Below, one piece after another: positions 25,598-38,506 of a DNA stretch of 64,000 nucleotides. This DNA comes from Rhina ancylostomus (taxonomy: Eukaryota). The position numbers and the translations under genes were made by a program. The stretch's first letter is position 1; each line of letters opens with the position of its first letter. The notes beneath the pieces are model-generated. The model was not told where the DNA came from. It saw only the letters and a list, made by a program, of their open reading frames with translations, and ran no database searches. The stretch lies in contig JARFYF010000017.1 of assembly GCA_030265395.1 (NCBI GenBank), positions 42,839,889 through 42,903,888 on the forward strand, written 5' to 3'.

Positions 25598-26589
25598 GTA
25601 AAGAAGGACTAATATCATTAGCGAGTTTACATTTCTGTTATTTATTTTGATGTGGCAGATGAGAATCAGCCAGTTGTACATTGTAGGATCTGTTACCAGA
25701 TACCTGTGTATGATCCCTTATAAAGCTGTTCAAGTTGAGTGAAGGAAGATATTTTTGCTGGGGTGATGCAGAGGATTAAGGAGAAGGTTCTTGGGCCTAG
25801 AAATGCAGCTGTACAACACCCAAAAAAAAAAGTAGCATCGTGCAGACAAAAATCAGGTTAATGCCAAGTCGACCAATTTTGTGCATATTTCTGAGTGAGT
25901 CTAATTGTTGCAAAGCTACGGACTTTTTAGTTCAAGAATTTTACATATCCAAGCACTGCTTATCTGTTGGCCAGCATGCCCAACAGTTTGCAACTTCATA
26001 ATTCATCTCTGGTGTGATTTTTCAACCATGTTGGTTTGAGTCATGGCATGCTGTCCTCTCAAAGAAGAACTTTTAATAGTACTGAACCTCAAGCAGATTT
26101 GTGTTTAAAAGGTCTGGCATATTTTCCTACAGTGAGAGGCAAAGGTTTGTATAACTCTGTCAAACGAGCTGCAGATATACGGACCCAAACTGAGATAACA
26201 GTCTCTGGGTGATTTCAGCTGGTTTCTCCTCTAAATTAAGAGACTGGAAGTGCTAGAATGAATCCTGCAAAACCAGTTGTTCTTTCATGTTTATCGGATC
26301 AGAAATGAGTGAAGGATGTAGAGGAAATCATATGAGAATATAGATGATAATCATGAAAGGAAGTTATCAGTAAGGACATGAGTGTCCTCTATGCACCCCT
26401 CACTATTGAGAGCACTATAGCTGAAAGCCTATTCCAGTTAGAAATACAAAAGCCATATTCACCAAAAATGAAAGGTTCCCCACTTTGCTCTTAGAACTGT
26501 GGGAGCAATCCAGGCCCTTTGGTTTGGTTGCTAGATCTGTTGTGGGAAACAAATGCAAGTCCTTGCAATGTTTTATGATAAATGCTATA

Positions 26590-26949
26590 TCTGACACCCC
26601 CTTGTTCATTAATAAGATGAGAGCTCATGGAATTACAGGAAGGATATTAGAATGGGTGGAGCATTGGCTGATAGGCAAAAAGCAAAGGGTGGGAATAAAG
26701 GGATCCTGTTGTGGTTGGCTGCCAGTTACAAGTGGTGTGCTGCAAGGGTCAGTGTTGGGCCACTTCTTTTTACATTATACATCAATAATTTAGATGATGG
26801 AGTAAATGGTTTTGTGACTAAGTTTGCAGATGACACCAAGATAGGTGGAGGAGTAGGGAGTACTGAAGAAACAGGAAGGTTGCAGAGAGACTTAGTTTAG
26901 GAGAATGGGCAAAGAAATGGCAGATGAGATTCAATGTTGAGAAATGTGC
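26590..26949 (+). mobile_element. CR1 LINE reverse transcriptase fragment running into an N gap
   Basis: VTSGVLQGSVLG, YINNLDDG, KFADDTKIGG, MRFNVEKC. Confidence 0.88.
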
Positions 26950-28514
26950 NNNNNNNNNNNNNNNNNNNNNNNNNNNNNNNNNNNNNNNNNNNNNNNNNNN
27001 NNNNNNNNNNNNNNNNNNNNNNNNNNNNNNNNNNNNNNNNNNNNNNNNNNNNNNNNNNNNNNNNNNNNNNNNNNNNNNNNNNNNNNNNNNNNNNNNNNNN
27101 NNNNNNNNNNNNNNNNNNNNNNNNNNNNNNNNNNNNNNNNNNNNNNNNNNNNNNNNNNNNNNNNNNNNNNNNNNNNNNNNNNNNNNNNNNNNNNNNNNNN
27201 NNNNNNNNNNNNNNNNNNNNNNNNNNNNNNNNNNNNNNNNNNNNNNNNNNNNNNNNNNNNNNNNNNNNNNNNNNNNNNNNNNNNNNNNNNNNNNNNNNNN
27301 NNNNNNNNNNNNNNNNNNNNNNNNNNNNNNNNNNNNNNNNNNNNNNNNNNNNNNNNNNNNNNNNNNNNNNNNNNNNNNNNNNNNNNNNNNNNNNNNNNNN
27401 NNNNNNNNNNNNNNNNNNNNNNNNNNNNNNNNNNNNNNNNNNNNNNNNNNNNNNNNNNNNNNNNNNNNNNNNNNNNNNNNNNNNNNNNNNNNNNNNNNNN
27501 NNNNNNNNNNNNNNNNNNNNNNNNNNNNNNNNNNNNNNNNNNNNNNNNNNNNNNNNNNNNNNNNNNNNNNNNNNNNNNNNNNNNNNNNNNNNNNNNNNNN
27601 NNNNNNNNNNNNNNNNNNNNNNNNNNNNNNNNNNNNNNNNNNNNNNNNNNNNNNNNNNNNNNNNNNNNNNNNNNNNNNNNNNNNNNNNNNNNNNNNNNNN
27701 NNNNNNNNNNNNNNNNNNNNNNNNNNNNNNNNNNNNNNNNNNNNNNNNNNNNNNNNNNNNNNNNNNNNNNNNNNNNNNNNNNNNNAACGGGGGGGGGGGC
27801 TGCCATTTTTGGTGAATGTGACTTTGGCGTTCACCCCGGAAGAGGGGCAAAGTTTCCAAAGGTACACTCATCTATAGAGGGATCTATTACCCTTACCCAT
27901 TCCTCTCTGGCAATTTCCTGCCTTAAGTTACCAGAGAGGTATCTGTGAATACATTTGCTTTGTTCAATAAGGCTGCTTCCTCTATGAATAGTTCTTCAGA
28001 AGCCCATGCAGGACCTTCCGTACCCCTAAGAGTACTCCAACTCAACCATCACTTTACTATGCGTTCCTTCTTTGCCAACGCTCTCTGCAAACTGAAAGAG
28101 TGCTGGCTGTGTTGTGGTGTGATGCATTAAAGACTATTTTCTGAGATCAGAATTGCGATAAAAGATGTTCCTAAACTCTGAAATTTGACCCCTTAATGCC
28201 TATCGACCCCGAAACTGAGAAGCATTACATGGAGAAGCTTGCTATTGCTGTTTTGGGACCAGTGTTTGTAGATTTAATGATTTTTTTTTTTGTTAGAACT
28301 TTTTGAAGCAGCATAAGGGATACTGCTAATGTTGCGGTAATGTTGGGAAAACAGTGCATTTGAATTTCTGGGCCTTACTCCTTTGTCAGCTAATTCCATT
28401 GCTTTATCTTCAGGCCAAAAATGCTTATATATTCAATCTTGTAACTCTGCTAAGATCTCTGCAATTTATTAATATTCATACTGCCCATTACAGAATTTTG
28501 CATTTTGTGTTTAG

Positions 28515-28668
28515 GTCACTCTCAGCACTCTCTGCATATCACAGTGGAGGAATCACCCCGATGAAGATCCGTACAGAGTCACAGAGTAATCTGAGGTTAT
28601 ATAGTGGAAGTCCAACCCGCAGTGAGAAGGAGCTGGTGTCCATTAGCTCCTTCTATTATAAGGAGCGA
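28515..28668 (+). CDS. WDR59: WDR59 exon 18 (SLSALSAYHSGGITPMKIRTE...SISSFYYKER)
   Basis: tag|G...CGA|gtgagt, 154 nt. Confidence 0.96.
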
Positions 28669-30279
28669 GTGAGTAGATAACTCTATCTGTGGCCAGTCAC
28701 ACAATCCATTAATTACTGCCTTTATTTCAGATGCCATTCTCTGCTAATCCCCTTGTTTTGCAAGAGTTTCACCCAATGTGGAACTTAATGTGCACTGTAT
28801 AATACTTCCAGTGTCACATGGCTGAATTACGTGCTGCCGCAGCTGGCTGCTCTGCTGCTCAGAGTTTCTTGCTAGACTGGCTTCATAACCATGGTCAAAT
28901 CAGTGGCTCTTTATTTCTTGCTTGGCTGTCCATTTTTGAAGTCTCAGCGAGCCAGTTGCGTACTACAAACACATTTATTTGGGTAGCAAACCAGGTTTAA
29001 GAAAAGAAGTGATGTAATGGAATTTTGTTGATTTGAAACTATAATATATCCAGAAAAAAGGTAATTAGTCAAAATCAGATAAAAATGCTGAATAGTATGT
29101 TAAAATGATGCCCTAGTTAATGACCAGACCTTGGTCTATTACTTGATACATGTCAATATTCTTGAACAGATTGAAGACTGAACAGCTGCTTTGGTCAGTG
29201 GCATGTCAGCAACAAATGTCCTCTTGCAGATGAGGGCTTTTTATTTTTGTGGCTTTTGATTCAAATCAGAGGCACCCCGGCAACTCTGTCCATAAATTAG
29301 ATGTTCTGTGTTAGAACTCTCTTGTCTGTTACAATTACACCAGGTTCAACTTTGCTTTTCTAAACCTCTCTCGTAGGACTAGTGCTTTTCCACTACATGA
29401 CTACTGTCAACAATTCGTGTGATGTTAACTCTGCATTAATGTTGTGTTTGTGAGTCCCTGGTCCAATGCTGCATCTTTGGTCTGACAACAGAAGGAGAGA
29501 ATATTGATTGCAGATGCATGGTAGTTGCAGTTTGTTTATATGCGCACAGTGCGTTAAACAAATACCATCTCATTTCCCCTTGTAGCACTTGCTGTGCTGC
29601 CATCCGCAGCCTGCTTTTGTATTAGGTTAACTCCCCCTTTAACCCTCCTTTAATCCTTTAACCTGGATATCAATGCTTGCAGGGATGCTTTGGTTTAGAG
29701 CCTCACTGCTGCCTCATTTGATCTCCACTTCCTGCTTGTGCATATGTAGAATGACATCTTCAAGTCCCAAAGTGTTTACAGAGGAAGTGTTTTGGTTCTG
29801 GTGAGCTGACAATTTACAAATCTTGACTTTGGTGTTCAGCTGAAAAGGTTATTTGTTAGGATGGGACCATGTATTCTAATGACTGCAATGCTGTGCGAGC
29901 TATTGTTGCAGTCTAGTCTTGAGGAACTGCAGGATGCTGAGATTCTCCAATGAGGAAATGCTGAATTTGAAAAAAAAAAGTTGCTAATGTGGCATTTCTC
30001 ACCTTGAGAGTCACGAGGTTCACTTTCTGTTCTGTGTTCTTTTTATACCAGAAGTGGAAATTTGAAGACACGTGGTTGTATTTTTAACTGCCTGGAGTAG
30101 TTCTGATACTTTAGGGTGGTGCTCTGAAATAAGAGGATGAGGGAGTCTGCTGCACAGTTTTCAATACTGGCAGTGTAACATGGGGTTTATAAAATAAGCC
30201 TCCATCATCCCATCCAGGGAAAAAGATTAATCATTCATTAAAATGAGACCCAGTTGCATGTGTGAAGTGAGTAAGGGAG

Positions 30280-32600
30280 GTGTTTTTATTCGTGCATGGG
30301 ATGTGCCTCCATTGGCAAGATTTGCAATCTTGAACAGCTTTGCAACCTGTGGTGAATTGTACAATTAGTGGTAAACTTCAGGATTTTAACCCAGTGATGA
30401 TGAAAAAACTAATCCTATATTTCCAAGTCAAGATGTATTGCCAGACAGTTGTGGTCTTGTCCTTCTAAATTGTATGCTGGCTTGGAAGCTAGTAAAGAAA
30501 ACTTTGGCAATTAACTGCAGTGCATCTTTTGAGCTGCTTGCATTATGTCTGAGTCAAACTCATCACTCTCTTTCCATGTCTTGTAAATGGTAGAAAAGCT
30601 TTTGGGAGTTAGATGGTAGCCACATTATTTATGTTGCTAGTCCAGGCAAGTTTCTGTTCAGTTATGATCCAGAAGATATTAATGGTGAGAGATTTGATGA
30701 AGGTATTGGCAATAAATGTCAAGAGAACCGTTTAGAATTTCTTTGTCTGAATATTAGCTTGTCACGTATCAGCCCAAGGTAGGAATGGGTAGCTTCATTA
30801 CCTGAGAAATTGTGAATGGATTTGAACACGGCGTCCTTCAGCGATATCTCCACTTCTGATCATGCGATTGAGAGAAGATCATTGATGAAGCAGCTGAGGA
30901 TGATTGGTCCTGGGAGACTGCTCCACCAGTGATGTCCTGAAACGAAGATGATTAATCTCCAACCATTACAACCAACTTGCTTAGTTACAGGAGTGCCTTC
31001 AGCCGGTGAAGAACTTTCCCTTTGATTTCTGTTGGCTTCATGCCACACTGGCTCAGATACCACAGTGGTGTGAAGGGCAGTTACTCTCACCTTGCCTCAG
31101 GAAATCAGCTTCTTTGCTCATTTGGAACAATACTGCACTGGAGCAAATTAAGGATCAGTAGGCAGTTTATTACTAAAGTTTTAGCACTGTTGGAGAAATT
31201 TCCACGATTGAAAGTGAACTGATAGGGTTTGTATTTTGGCCAGCTTTTAGGAATCGGAGCATACTTGGACAGCTTTCCACTTTGTCGAGTAGATGCCAGT
31301 GCTGTGATTTTAGTGGAACGATTTGGCTAGAAAAAAGTCATGAGCATTAGAGAGACATTGTTAAGGCTCAGAACCTATGGTAATCTTATACACTAAGCCA
31401 TTTCTTTATATCATATAGAGTGAGTGAATCAAGTTGCTCAGAGACTGAAACCTGTGATATGGGGACCTTGGGAGGAGTCAAAGATGGACCATCAACTCAG
31501 CACTTCTAGCTGAAGATAATTGAAAGCGCTTCAGCCATCTGCACTCCTTTGTTTGGCTCTGCCATTGTTAAGGATGGAATATTGATGCACTCTTTTAATC
31601 CATTATTTATTTAATAGTTCACTGTCCTTCATAACTGGATATAGTAGATCTGCAGAGCTTTGATCTGAACTGTTTGTAGTGAAATCAATTAGCTCCATCT
31701 GTAGCTTACTGCTTCCACTGATTAGCCTCATCAAGTTAGCACCTCGCTTTATGTATGTCTGGTGCTGCTTCTGACATAATTTTCAACTTTATGCATTGAA
31801 TCAAGGTTGGTTCCCTGGCTTGATCATAATTGTCGACTGATGGATATCTTGGACTGGGATTTACTGTTCTGTTGTTGCTAATAGCTCAGTGATAGTGGAT
31901 GCCCAGTTTTCAACTGCTAGTTCAGTTCTCATTCCATACCATTCATCACACTGATGATATGCTAGACAGTGGTGAGGATGGCACCAACATATAGACAGAC
32001 TTTGTCACAAGGACTGCAAAGTGGTCACAGTGGACAGATGCATCTATGATTGGTGAAGATATCTATTCTTTGTGTTGGTTTGCTCACTCGTTCGTTGTGA
32101 GTCTATTCTGGCAGTTCTTTCCTTCTTGATGATGGACATTGAAAAATCCACCTGTGGTGTATTTTGAGCCCTGGTGTTTGGCTTGTTCTTCCAAGTGGAT
32201 TACACTGTAAAGGAATAGTGATTCAACGATTGACAGAGAACAGTGGGTGGTAAAGAGCAGGTTTCCTTGCTGCAGCTTGAAACAACATAGGGCCTGGAGT
32301 CTGTAAGAACTCCCAACTCTTTCCAGATTGTACAGTTCTTTGCCACTGCTTTGGTAAATCTCTCCCCTTGTGAGACAGGTCATTGGCAGGTGTGATGATG
32401 GAGAAGCCTAGAAGGTTGGCTGAAAATAATGATTCTCTGAGTATCTATGTGTTAGGGAGTTGCTTAACCACTCTGTGCTCAATTATCTTAATTTTGGCAC
32501 AGGCCCCAGATGTTGGTGAGGAATTTAGACAGTTTGCTAGTCTAAATGTGCCTTTGTCTTGCCAGGATTGATGATGTGGAGCAGTCTCTTCATTTTTATT
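30280..32600 (-). mobile_element. Heavily decayed copy of the same LINE family; 3'-end fragments also near 44770-44900 and 52850-53210
   Basis: Minus-strand SSLPGPIILSCFINDLLSI and similarity to the 10860-12540 copy. Confidence 0.6.
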
Positions 32601-33070
32601 CTTGTTAACAAGAGCTTGTGGTGTCTCAGGTGAATGGAGAAGGTGTTGTGGGCTGTGAGCATTCAGCATGTGTTTTGGTGGTTAATGACTTTCACACAGT
32701 GTCCTCGAAGTTTGGTCAGCTCGAAGTTCATCCATCTTTCTTGGGAACTTCTTAATGAAAGATAGAATGTGGCTACATCTGTCTTGTGCAAGAAAAACTT
32801 CAAATCTGGAAATAGCAGTTGACTGATGAACCTACCTTCATGCTGGTTTACAGTTTTATCTGTACAGCTTGGGTCTTGATTGTCTATAGATTAGAAACTG
32901 AACTATATTGCTCTTTATAGCCAGCTTCTCCCTGAGTGTCCCATTATGAAGTTTATCTTTTTTGTATGTTTCATTTTATTTTATGTGTGTGTATTTTTCT
33001 TCCTGTTGAGTTAATTTTTTTTATTTTCTTGGTGTTTCTCCTTTATTTTTGGTGACGTTCATACTTGCAG

Positions 33071-33127
33071 ATGTCTCCTCTCTCCAACCGGCGGCGCTGG
33101 TCCATTCAAGCCATTAATGAGTTCCCG
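33071..33127 (+). CDS. WDR59: WDR59 in-frame cassette exon between exons 18 and 19 (MSPLSNRRRWSIQAINEFP)
   Basis: Long U-rich tract then cttgcag|ATG...CCG|gtactg; 57 nt, phase 0/0, no stop, CpG-retaining; resembles the RRRWSIQAINDFP insert I recall in the longer mouse Wdr59 isoform. Confidence 0.85.
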
Positions 33128-33751
33128 GTACTGTGCACATTACCGTCCTGCGTTTGCACCCTTGCGACTTTGGGATGGCCAGTTGCCCTCTGAGTAACAA
33201 TCCTTTCACCAACACTTGGTTCCTTTCACAGAGAGACTATGATTGGATATTTTTTGTTCAGTCTTCAAAAGCCACTCACTCATGCTGGGATGGTTGCAAG
33301 TTCATGACTTGCGTTGGCCTGAAGGACCTACAGAAGCTCCTCACACTTGAATGAATCCAGACAGAAAGCATCAGTGGACCATCCAGTCATAATGGTTTTC
33401 ACAACTGAGCTTGCTTATGTACTTAATTGAGATTCACATTTGTGAATTACTTAACAGCAAGTACACTGGATCACCTTTGTTGTGATTTTATGTATTATTT
33501 TCCCTTCGCAATCCCAAGGATGCTAGTGACAATTGAAGCATCTTAGCTTCTACCCAAGATCACTTATTTCAATATAATTGGAAATTCTTAGTCTATGTGA
33601 ATCTGTATCTGTTCTCCTGATTGGAATGAGATAAGGTGCAGCTGGCCATCCCACTCTTGGGCAGTTTGAAACAACTCCTGCTTTCCACACTAATGTTTTT
33701 CCTTTTGTATGACTTTAATTCCACTAGATAGTTACTGTGCTTAAGTAACTC

Positions 33752-33775
33752 TGCATGATATGCATGATATGCATG
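33752..33775 (+). promoter_or_regulatory. Triple tandem RBFOX element (TGCATG x3) downstream of the cassette exon
   Basis: TGCATGataTGCATGataTGCATG at 33752, 33761 and 33770. Confidence 0.6.
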
Positions 33776-34284
33776 CTACTCACCGAGAGCTGGGCTTTTA
33801 TTATATGTATAATTATTTTAAGAAAATGCTGTTCCATGTGCTGTTAGAGCATTACTTAGCTCTGCTGATTCAGGAACCATCACAAAAACAAGTTTGCACT
33901 TAGAAGTGTTCATTTATTCTGTATGCGTGTGTAGGTGTTCGAATGGGACTTTTATATGCACTTTAGTGAACCTGAGCAGTATCTGAACCTCAGGACACTG
34001 GTTTCTGTGCAAAGCTGCATGATCAGTGTGTTGCTACATGGTGGCAACTGATGACAAACTAAGACCAGTGGAGGAAATTGGTTCTTNNNNNNNNNNNNNN
34101 NNAAAGGCCATGGAAGTGTGCTACAAATGTTTATAAAGCTTTGGTTCACTAGGAAAGTGCTTGACCCTGTTGGGTCTGATACATATTGATTACTATTGCT
34201 GTTAAAAAAAATTCTTAATTTGCTTTTCACTCAGGTCCACCACTTTGGTTCATAGGTTCAATATGATGTCTGAAGAACAGACTG

Positions 34285-34770
34285 ACTGACGCAAAAAACA
34301 AACTGCTGGAAGAACTCAGCAGATCAAGCAGCATCTGTGGAGGAAAAAGGATGGTTGACATTTTGGGTTGAGACCCTGAATCAGGGTGTAGAGGGAAGTT
34401 AGCCAGTATATAGAGGTGTGGGGGAGGATAGAGACAGAGGCGAGTTAGGTGATAGGTGGAAACAGATCGGGGGTGGGGGGGNNNNNNNNNNGTCAGGGAG
34501 ATGCACATAAATCTCTGTGTCACCTGGACAGCATCCCTGGATTGTGGTGAGGGAGGAGGTGAAGGGGCAAATGTTGCACCTCCTACAGTTGTAAGGGAAA
34601 GTGACTAGAGATGGTGAGAGATGGATGGGAAGGGATGAGCAGACCAAGGAGTCATGGAGTGTGTTCCCTGGGTAAAGCAGAAAGGACAGTGGGGGAGAGA
34701 GGAAGTTGTGACTGATGGTGGGATCCCGTTAGAGCTGCAGGAATGGCGAAGGCTATGCTGGATGTGGAGG
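34285..34770 (-). mobile_element. Penelope-like element remnant with internal deletion
   Basis: Minus-strand TFPYNCRRCNICPFTSSLTTIQG plus terminal repeat with a hammerhead-like remnant. Confidence 0.7.
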
Positions 34771-35269
34771 CTATTTGTGACTTAGAATATCTGTGTAGAG
34801 AATGTGCTCACATTTGAAAAGGATTGTCTTGATATCAATTTATATTCCTGTTGGTCCTGACTGGAATTTTGTAAGCAGGGCAAAATAATTAATATGTTAG
34901 TGGTGGCATGCTTCCTCCATTTCATGCAGATTGAGTGTGGTAGGCTGGGAACCACTGATGGATAAATTTCCATGGCTCCAGACCCAAAATGGGCTTCAAA
35001 TGCCATTGGGTAACATTGTCAGATTTGTGTTGATACTTTGCTGGGATCCTGCCAATCTTGCTTCCTCTGAAGATGGTGGCTCTCCTCTTTGCATTGGCAC
35101 TTTCTTGAATTCCCAAATCAGTTTCCAAAGATCCTGCAAAGCCAGTTTGGCTAGGCCAAATAATTTAATAACATAGCTGTGAATCAGTTTAAGCTGTTGG
35201 TAGTGTTTCATAAATCTTTTATCCAATACAACCCAGAACAAGATATGGTGCTCATTTTATTGTTATATG

Positions 35270-36480
35270 TTCATAGAATAATAGAATCACAGGATTGTTG
35301 TGACATAGGAGGCCATTTGTGTCCATGCTGGCTCCAAGGTAGCATTCCCATCAATTCCATTTCCCTGCACTTTCCCCCTTACTCTATGAATCATTTGCTG
35401 TCGAAACAGTTCCCTGTATTTACTCACTCTAAACATGCCATGATCNNNNNNNNNNCTCAGCTCCAAGAAGGTAGCTGAACTTGTTGAGACAATTCATGTA
35501 AATACTTAAAGCACCCTTTTTAGCATCTTCACATCTTACCTAAATTTATGTGGCCAGGATTGTTCACAGTACTCCATTTCTTCCAAGAGACAGTGTTTTG
35601 GACAGGCTGGACACAACTTCCCTGCTTTCATACTCTGGGTGTTTATTTATGAATCCAGGTGCCTATATGCTTGACTGACTACTCCCTCAACATGCCCTGC
35701 TGCTTTTAAACACTTATGCATACATGCACCCAAGTTTGTGTGTCCTTACACATCCTTCAGAACTGTGCCATTCAGTATATACAATTTAGTATATCTTAAT
35801 TTCTCTGTTCCTTCTGCCAAAGTGTATTGCTTTTGAATTTTTTGAATTTTATTTGTCACTCTTCTGCCAGCCTGCCCACGTTTAACTGCAATCTATTACC
35901 ATTTTCCTCGCTGTTCACCACTCTTCCAAGCTTTGTAGTCGTCCAGCAATTTGGAAATTTTATAATGTTCAAGTCATATATTAAAGACAGCAACAGTCCC
36001 AGCACTGACCTCTGGGTTACACTACTATCTGTTATTGAGTCTGAAAGAAATAAGTTGTTACTGTATTTCTGTCTTTAATCTAACTTCATATCAATGCTCC
36101 TGCTGACCTTCCATGGTACTCAGTTATGCTACGTAGCCTTTTGTGTGGGACTTCATCAAACAGCTTCTCAAAATCCATTTACATGACATCTATTGTATTT
36201 CCTTCAATGTCATTTTCTATTACCTCATCAAAATGTTCATTCAGGTTAGTCAAATACTGTATATTTTGTCCTTTATCAACTCAAACTTCTCTAAGTGCCT
36301 TTTTCATTCTTTTTCTGATTATTGCCTCTAACAAGCTTCCCCACAACCAAGGTTAAACTGGCCTGTAGTTGCCTGGGATGGCTTTAAGTGGTTACACTTA
36401 TTACTTTTCACTCCCCTAGCACTTCCTCACTATTTAGGAAACATTGGATGATTATGCCAAGCCTTTCTGCAGCCTTTATC
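35270..36480 (-). mobile_element. Decayed CR1 fragment; short CR1 3' ends also at 8665-8830(-), 36606-36760(+), 43387-43555(+) and 50010-50370(-)
   Basis: catagaataatagaatc tail; cccagcactgacctctgg; ttcatcaaacagcttctcaaaatccatttacatgacatc (DVxxMDFxKxFD on the minus strand). Confidence 0.6.
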
Positions 36481-36489
36481 TTTATCACC

Positions 36490-36605
36490 CTCAATCGCCC
36501 TCTTCCTTTCCAGTCCTTATGAAGCGTCTTGACCCGAAAAGCTGACTGTTTATTTTCCTCCACAGATGCTGCCTGACCTGCTGAGTTCCTCCACCATTTT
36601 GTGTG
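36490..36605 (+). mobile_element. Penelope terminal repeat with a degenerate minimal hammerhead ribozyme
   Basis: CAGTC-CTTATGA-agcgtcttgaccc-GAAA-agct-GACTG then tccacagatgctgcctgacctgctgagttcctcca. Confidence 0.65.
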
Positions 36606-38372
36606 GTCACTTTTAAGAGACTTTTGAATAGGTACATCGAGCTGAGAAAAATTGAGGGCTATGGGTAAGCCTAGTAATTTCTAGGGTAGGGACATGTTCG
36701 GCACAGCTTTGTGGGCCGAAGGACCTGAACTGTGCTGTAGTTTTTCTGTGTTTCTATGTAAGGAATTTGCCAAGTTCTGAGCAACCTTAAATATTCTCTT
36801 TGCAAAGAAAGGAAACCAGACAAAGTAATACAAATGGAAATGATTGAAAAGTACATTTACAAACAGATATTGGAAAGTGATTGAGATTTACAAAGGTTCA
36901 TAAAAGGGAATGGGAAGTAGAGTGACAGAGAGAACAATAGAGGGAAGTTCAGAGAATAGAACCGAAAGGTTCCGCTACCTGTGATTGGTGAAAGTATGCA
37001 ATGCACTGAAGGCCAATACTGTAGGAACAAGCATTTGAAGCCACAATATAACATTGAAGATGGGATTGGGATCAGCAGAAGGAGGATTTTTGAATGAGTC
37101 CTCAGGGTAGTTGGAATGTCAGACTCAAATCAGGTAGTAAGGCTCAACTGCACCCTCTTTAATGACCACTGTATGATAAAACAGCAATTTGTGACACAAG
37201 ATTCATGATTATAGTCCATGTACATGGATTTACATTGTAGAACCTCCGTTGTGGAATAAAATTTTACATGAAACCTCCAGGTTCTTATCTCTTTAAGCTA
37301 ATATCATTCAAGCCCTACTGATGGAAATCAGCATTTTATTTGTATATATAGCTTCATGTGTGCTAATAATTTATTGTGTGCTATCTTCCATTATTTATCT
37401 CTCAGTTTGGTTTAAATACAATTGGTTTGAATCACTGAGTTAAAATAACTACAAACCTTATGCGATTCAAATGACAACAAACATTGCACTAATAATAAGC
37501 TTTTAATTGCTCTTAAAGCTTCAGCAATGATTTCCTTCTCATGCTTTGTGAGTAAAAAAAAGCATAAAATGCTTTCCCGATTTGTCATTGACTTATTTAA
37601 ATTGTTATGGATCTTACCTAAATATCAAGAACAAGATGTTTCCTTTAGGCAGATGGACTGAGTCTCCTCAGGTGCATTGTTGGTTTCTGTATTTGATCTA
37701 ATAATTCTATAGGACTCTCATTATTACAGGTAATTTCGTTAATAGAATTTTCAGCATTTCAATCTGCAGTTGCAGACCCAAGACTGGGCACTGAAAATTC
37801 TCGGGTATTCTTCAGTGAACACAGTGAATATTCCACTTAGATTAGAGACAGGATTGTGAACATTATTAAAGATTTCCCTGTAGCCAACAAAAGAATACAC
37901 AGAACAAAACCCAGTAATATACATGGGTTTAATTAAAATACGGAAAATTGTTTTAGCTTCCACAACTCACAAGGCCCAGAGACTTGCTTAATTTCCAATG
38001 ACTTTCTTTTAATTTCTCATAATTTTTGTTTTAATTAGTGTACAAGATGAATATTAAAGATGTTGCTTGATAGGAAGTAATCATTAATTTTTTTTTTGCT
38101 GAAAGACAGCTAGACCCATAAAATTGAAACAGGACTGCAGACACTGGAGGAACTCAGCGGGTCAGGAGGCCCTCAACCCAAAATGTCAACTGTCCATTTT
38201 CCCTCCATAGATGCTACTTGGCCTGCTGAGTTTCTTCAGCANNNNNNNNNNNNNNNNNNNNNNNNNNNNNNNNNNNNNNNNNNNNNNNNNNNNNNNNNNN
38301 NNNNNNNNNNNNNNNNNNNNNNNNNNNNNNNNNNNNNNNNNCAGTTGACGTTGATAAACTTCCTGTTCACAG

Positions 38373-38506
38373 AAATCACGTCGATGGAAAGGAAAGCGAG
38401 AAGGGACCGATGCAAACAACAGACCAATCAAAGCTGCAGGGAAAGTCATCATCCAGGACATTTCCTGTCTCCTTCCAGTTCACAAGTCACTGGGGGAATT
38501 GTACAT
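38373..38506 (+). CDS. WDR59: WDR59 exon 19 (KSRRWKGKREG...AAGKVIIQDISCLLPVHKSLGELYI)
   Basis: cag|AAA...AT|gtgagt, 134 nt. Confidence 0.96.

Noticed and set aside
26818-27948. ORFs of 290-350 aa in all six frames (likewise 61888-63383)
   Set aside because: They are open only because they run through long N gaps.
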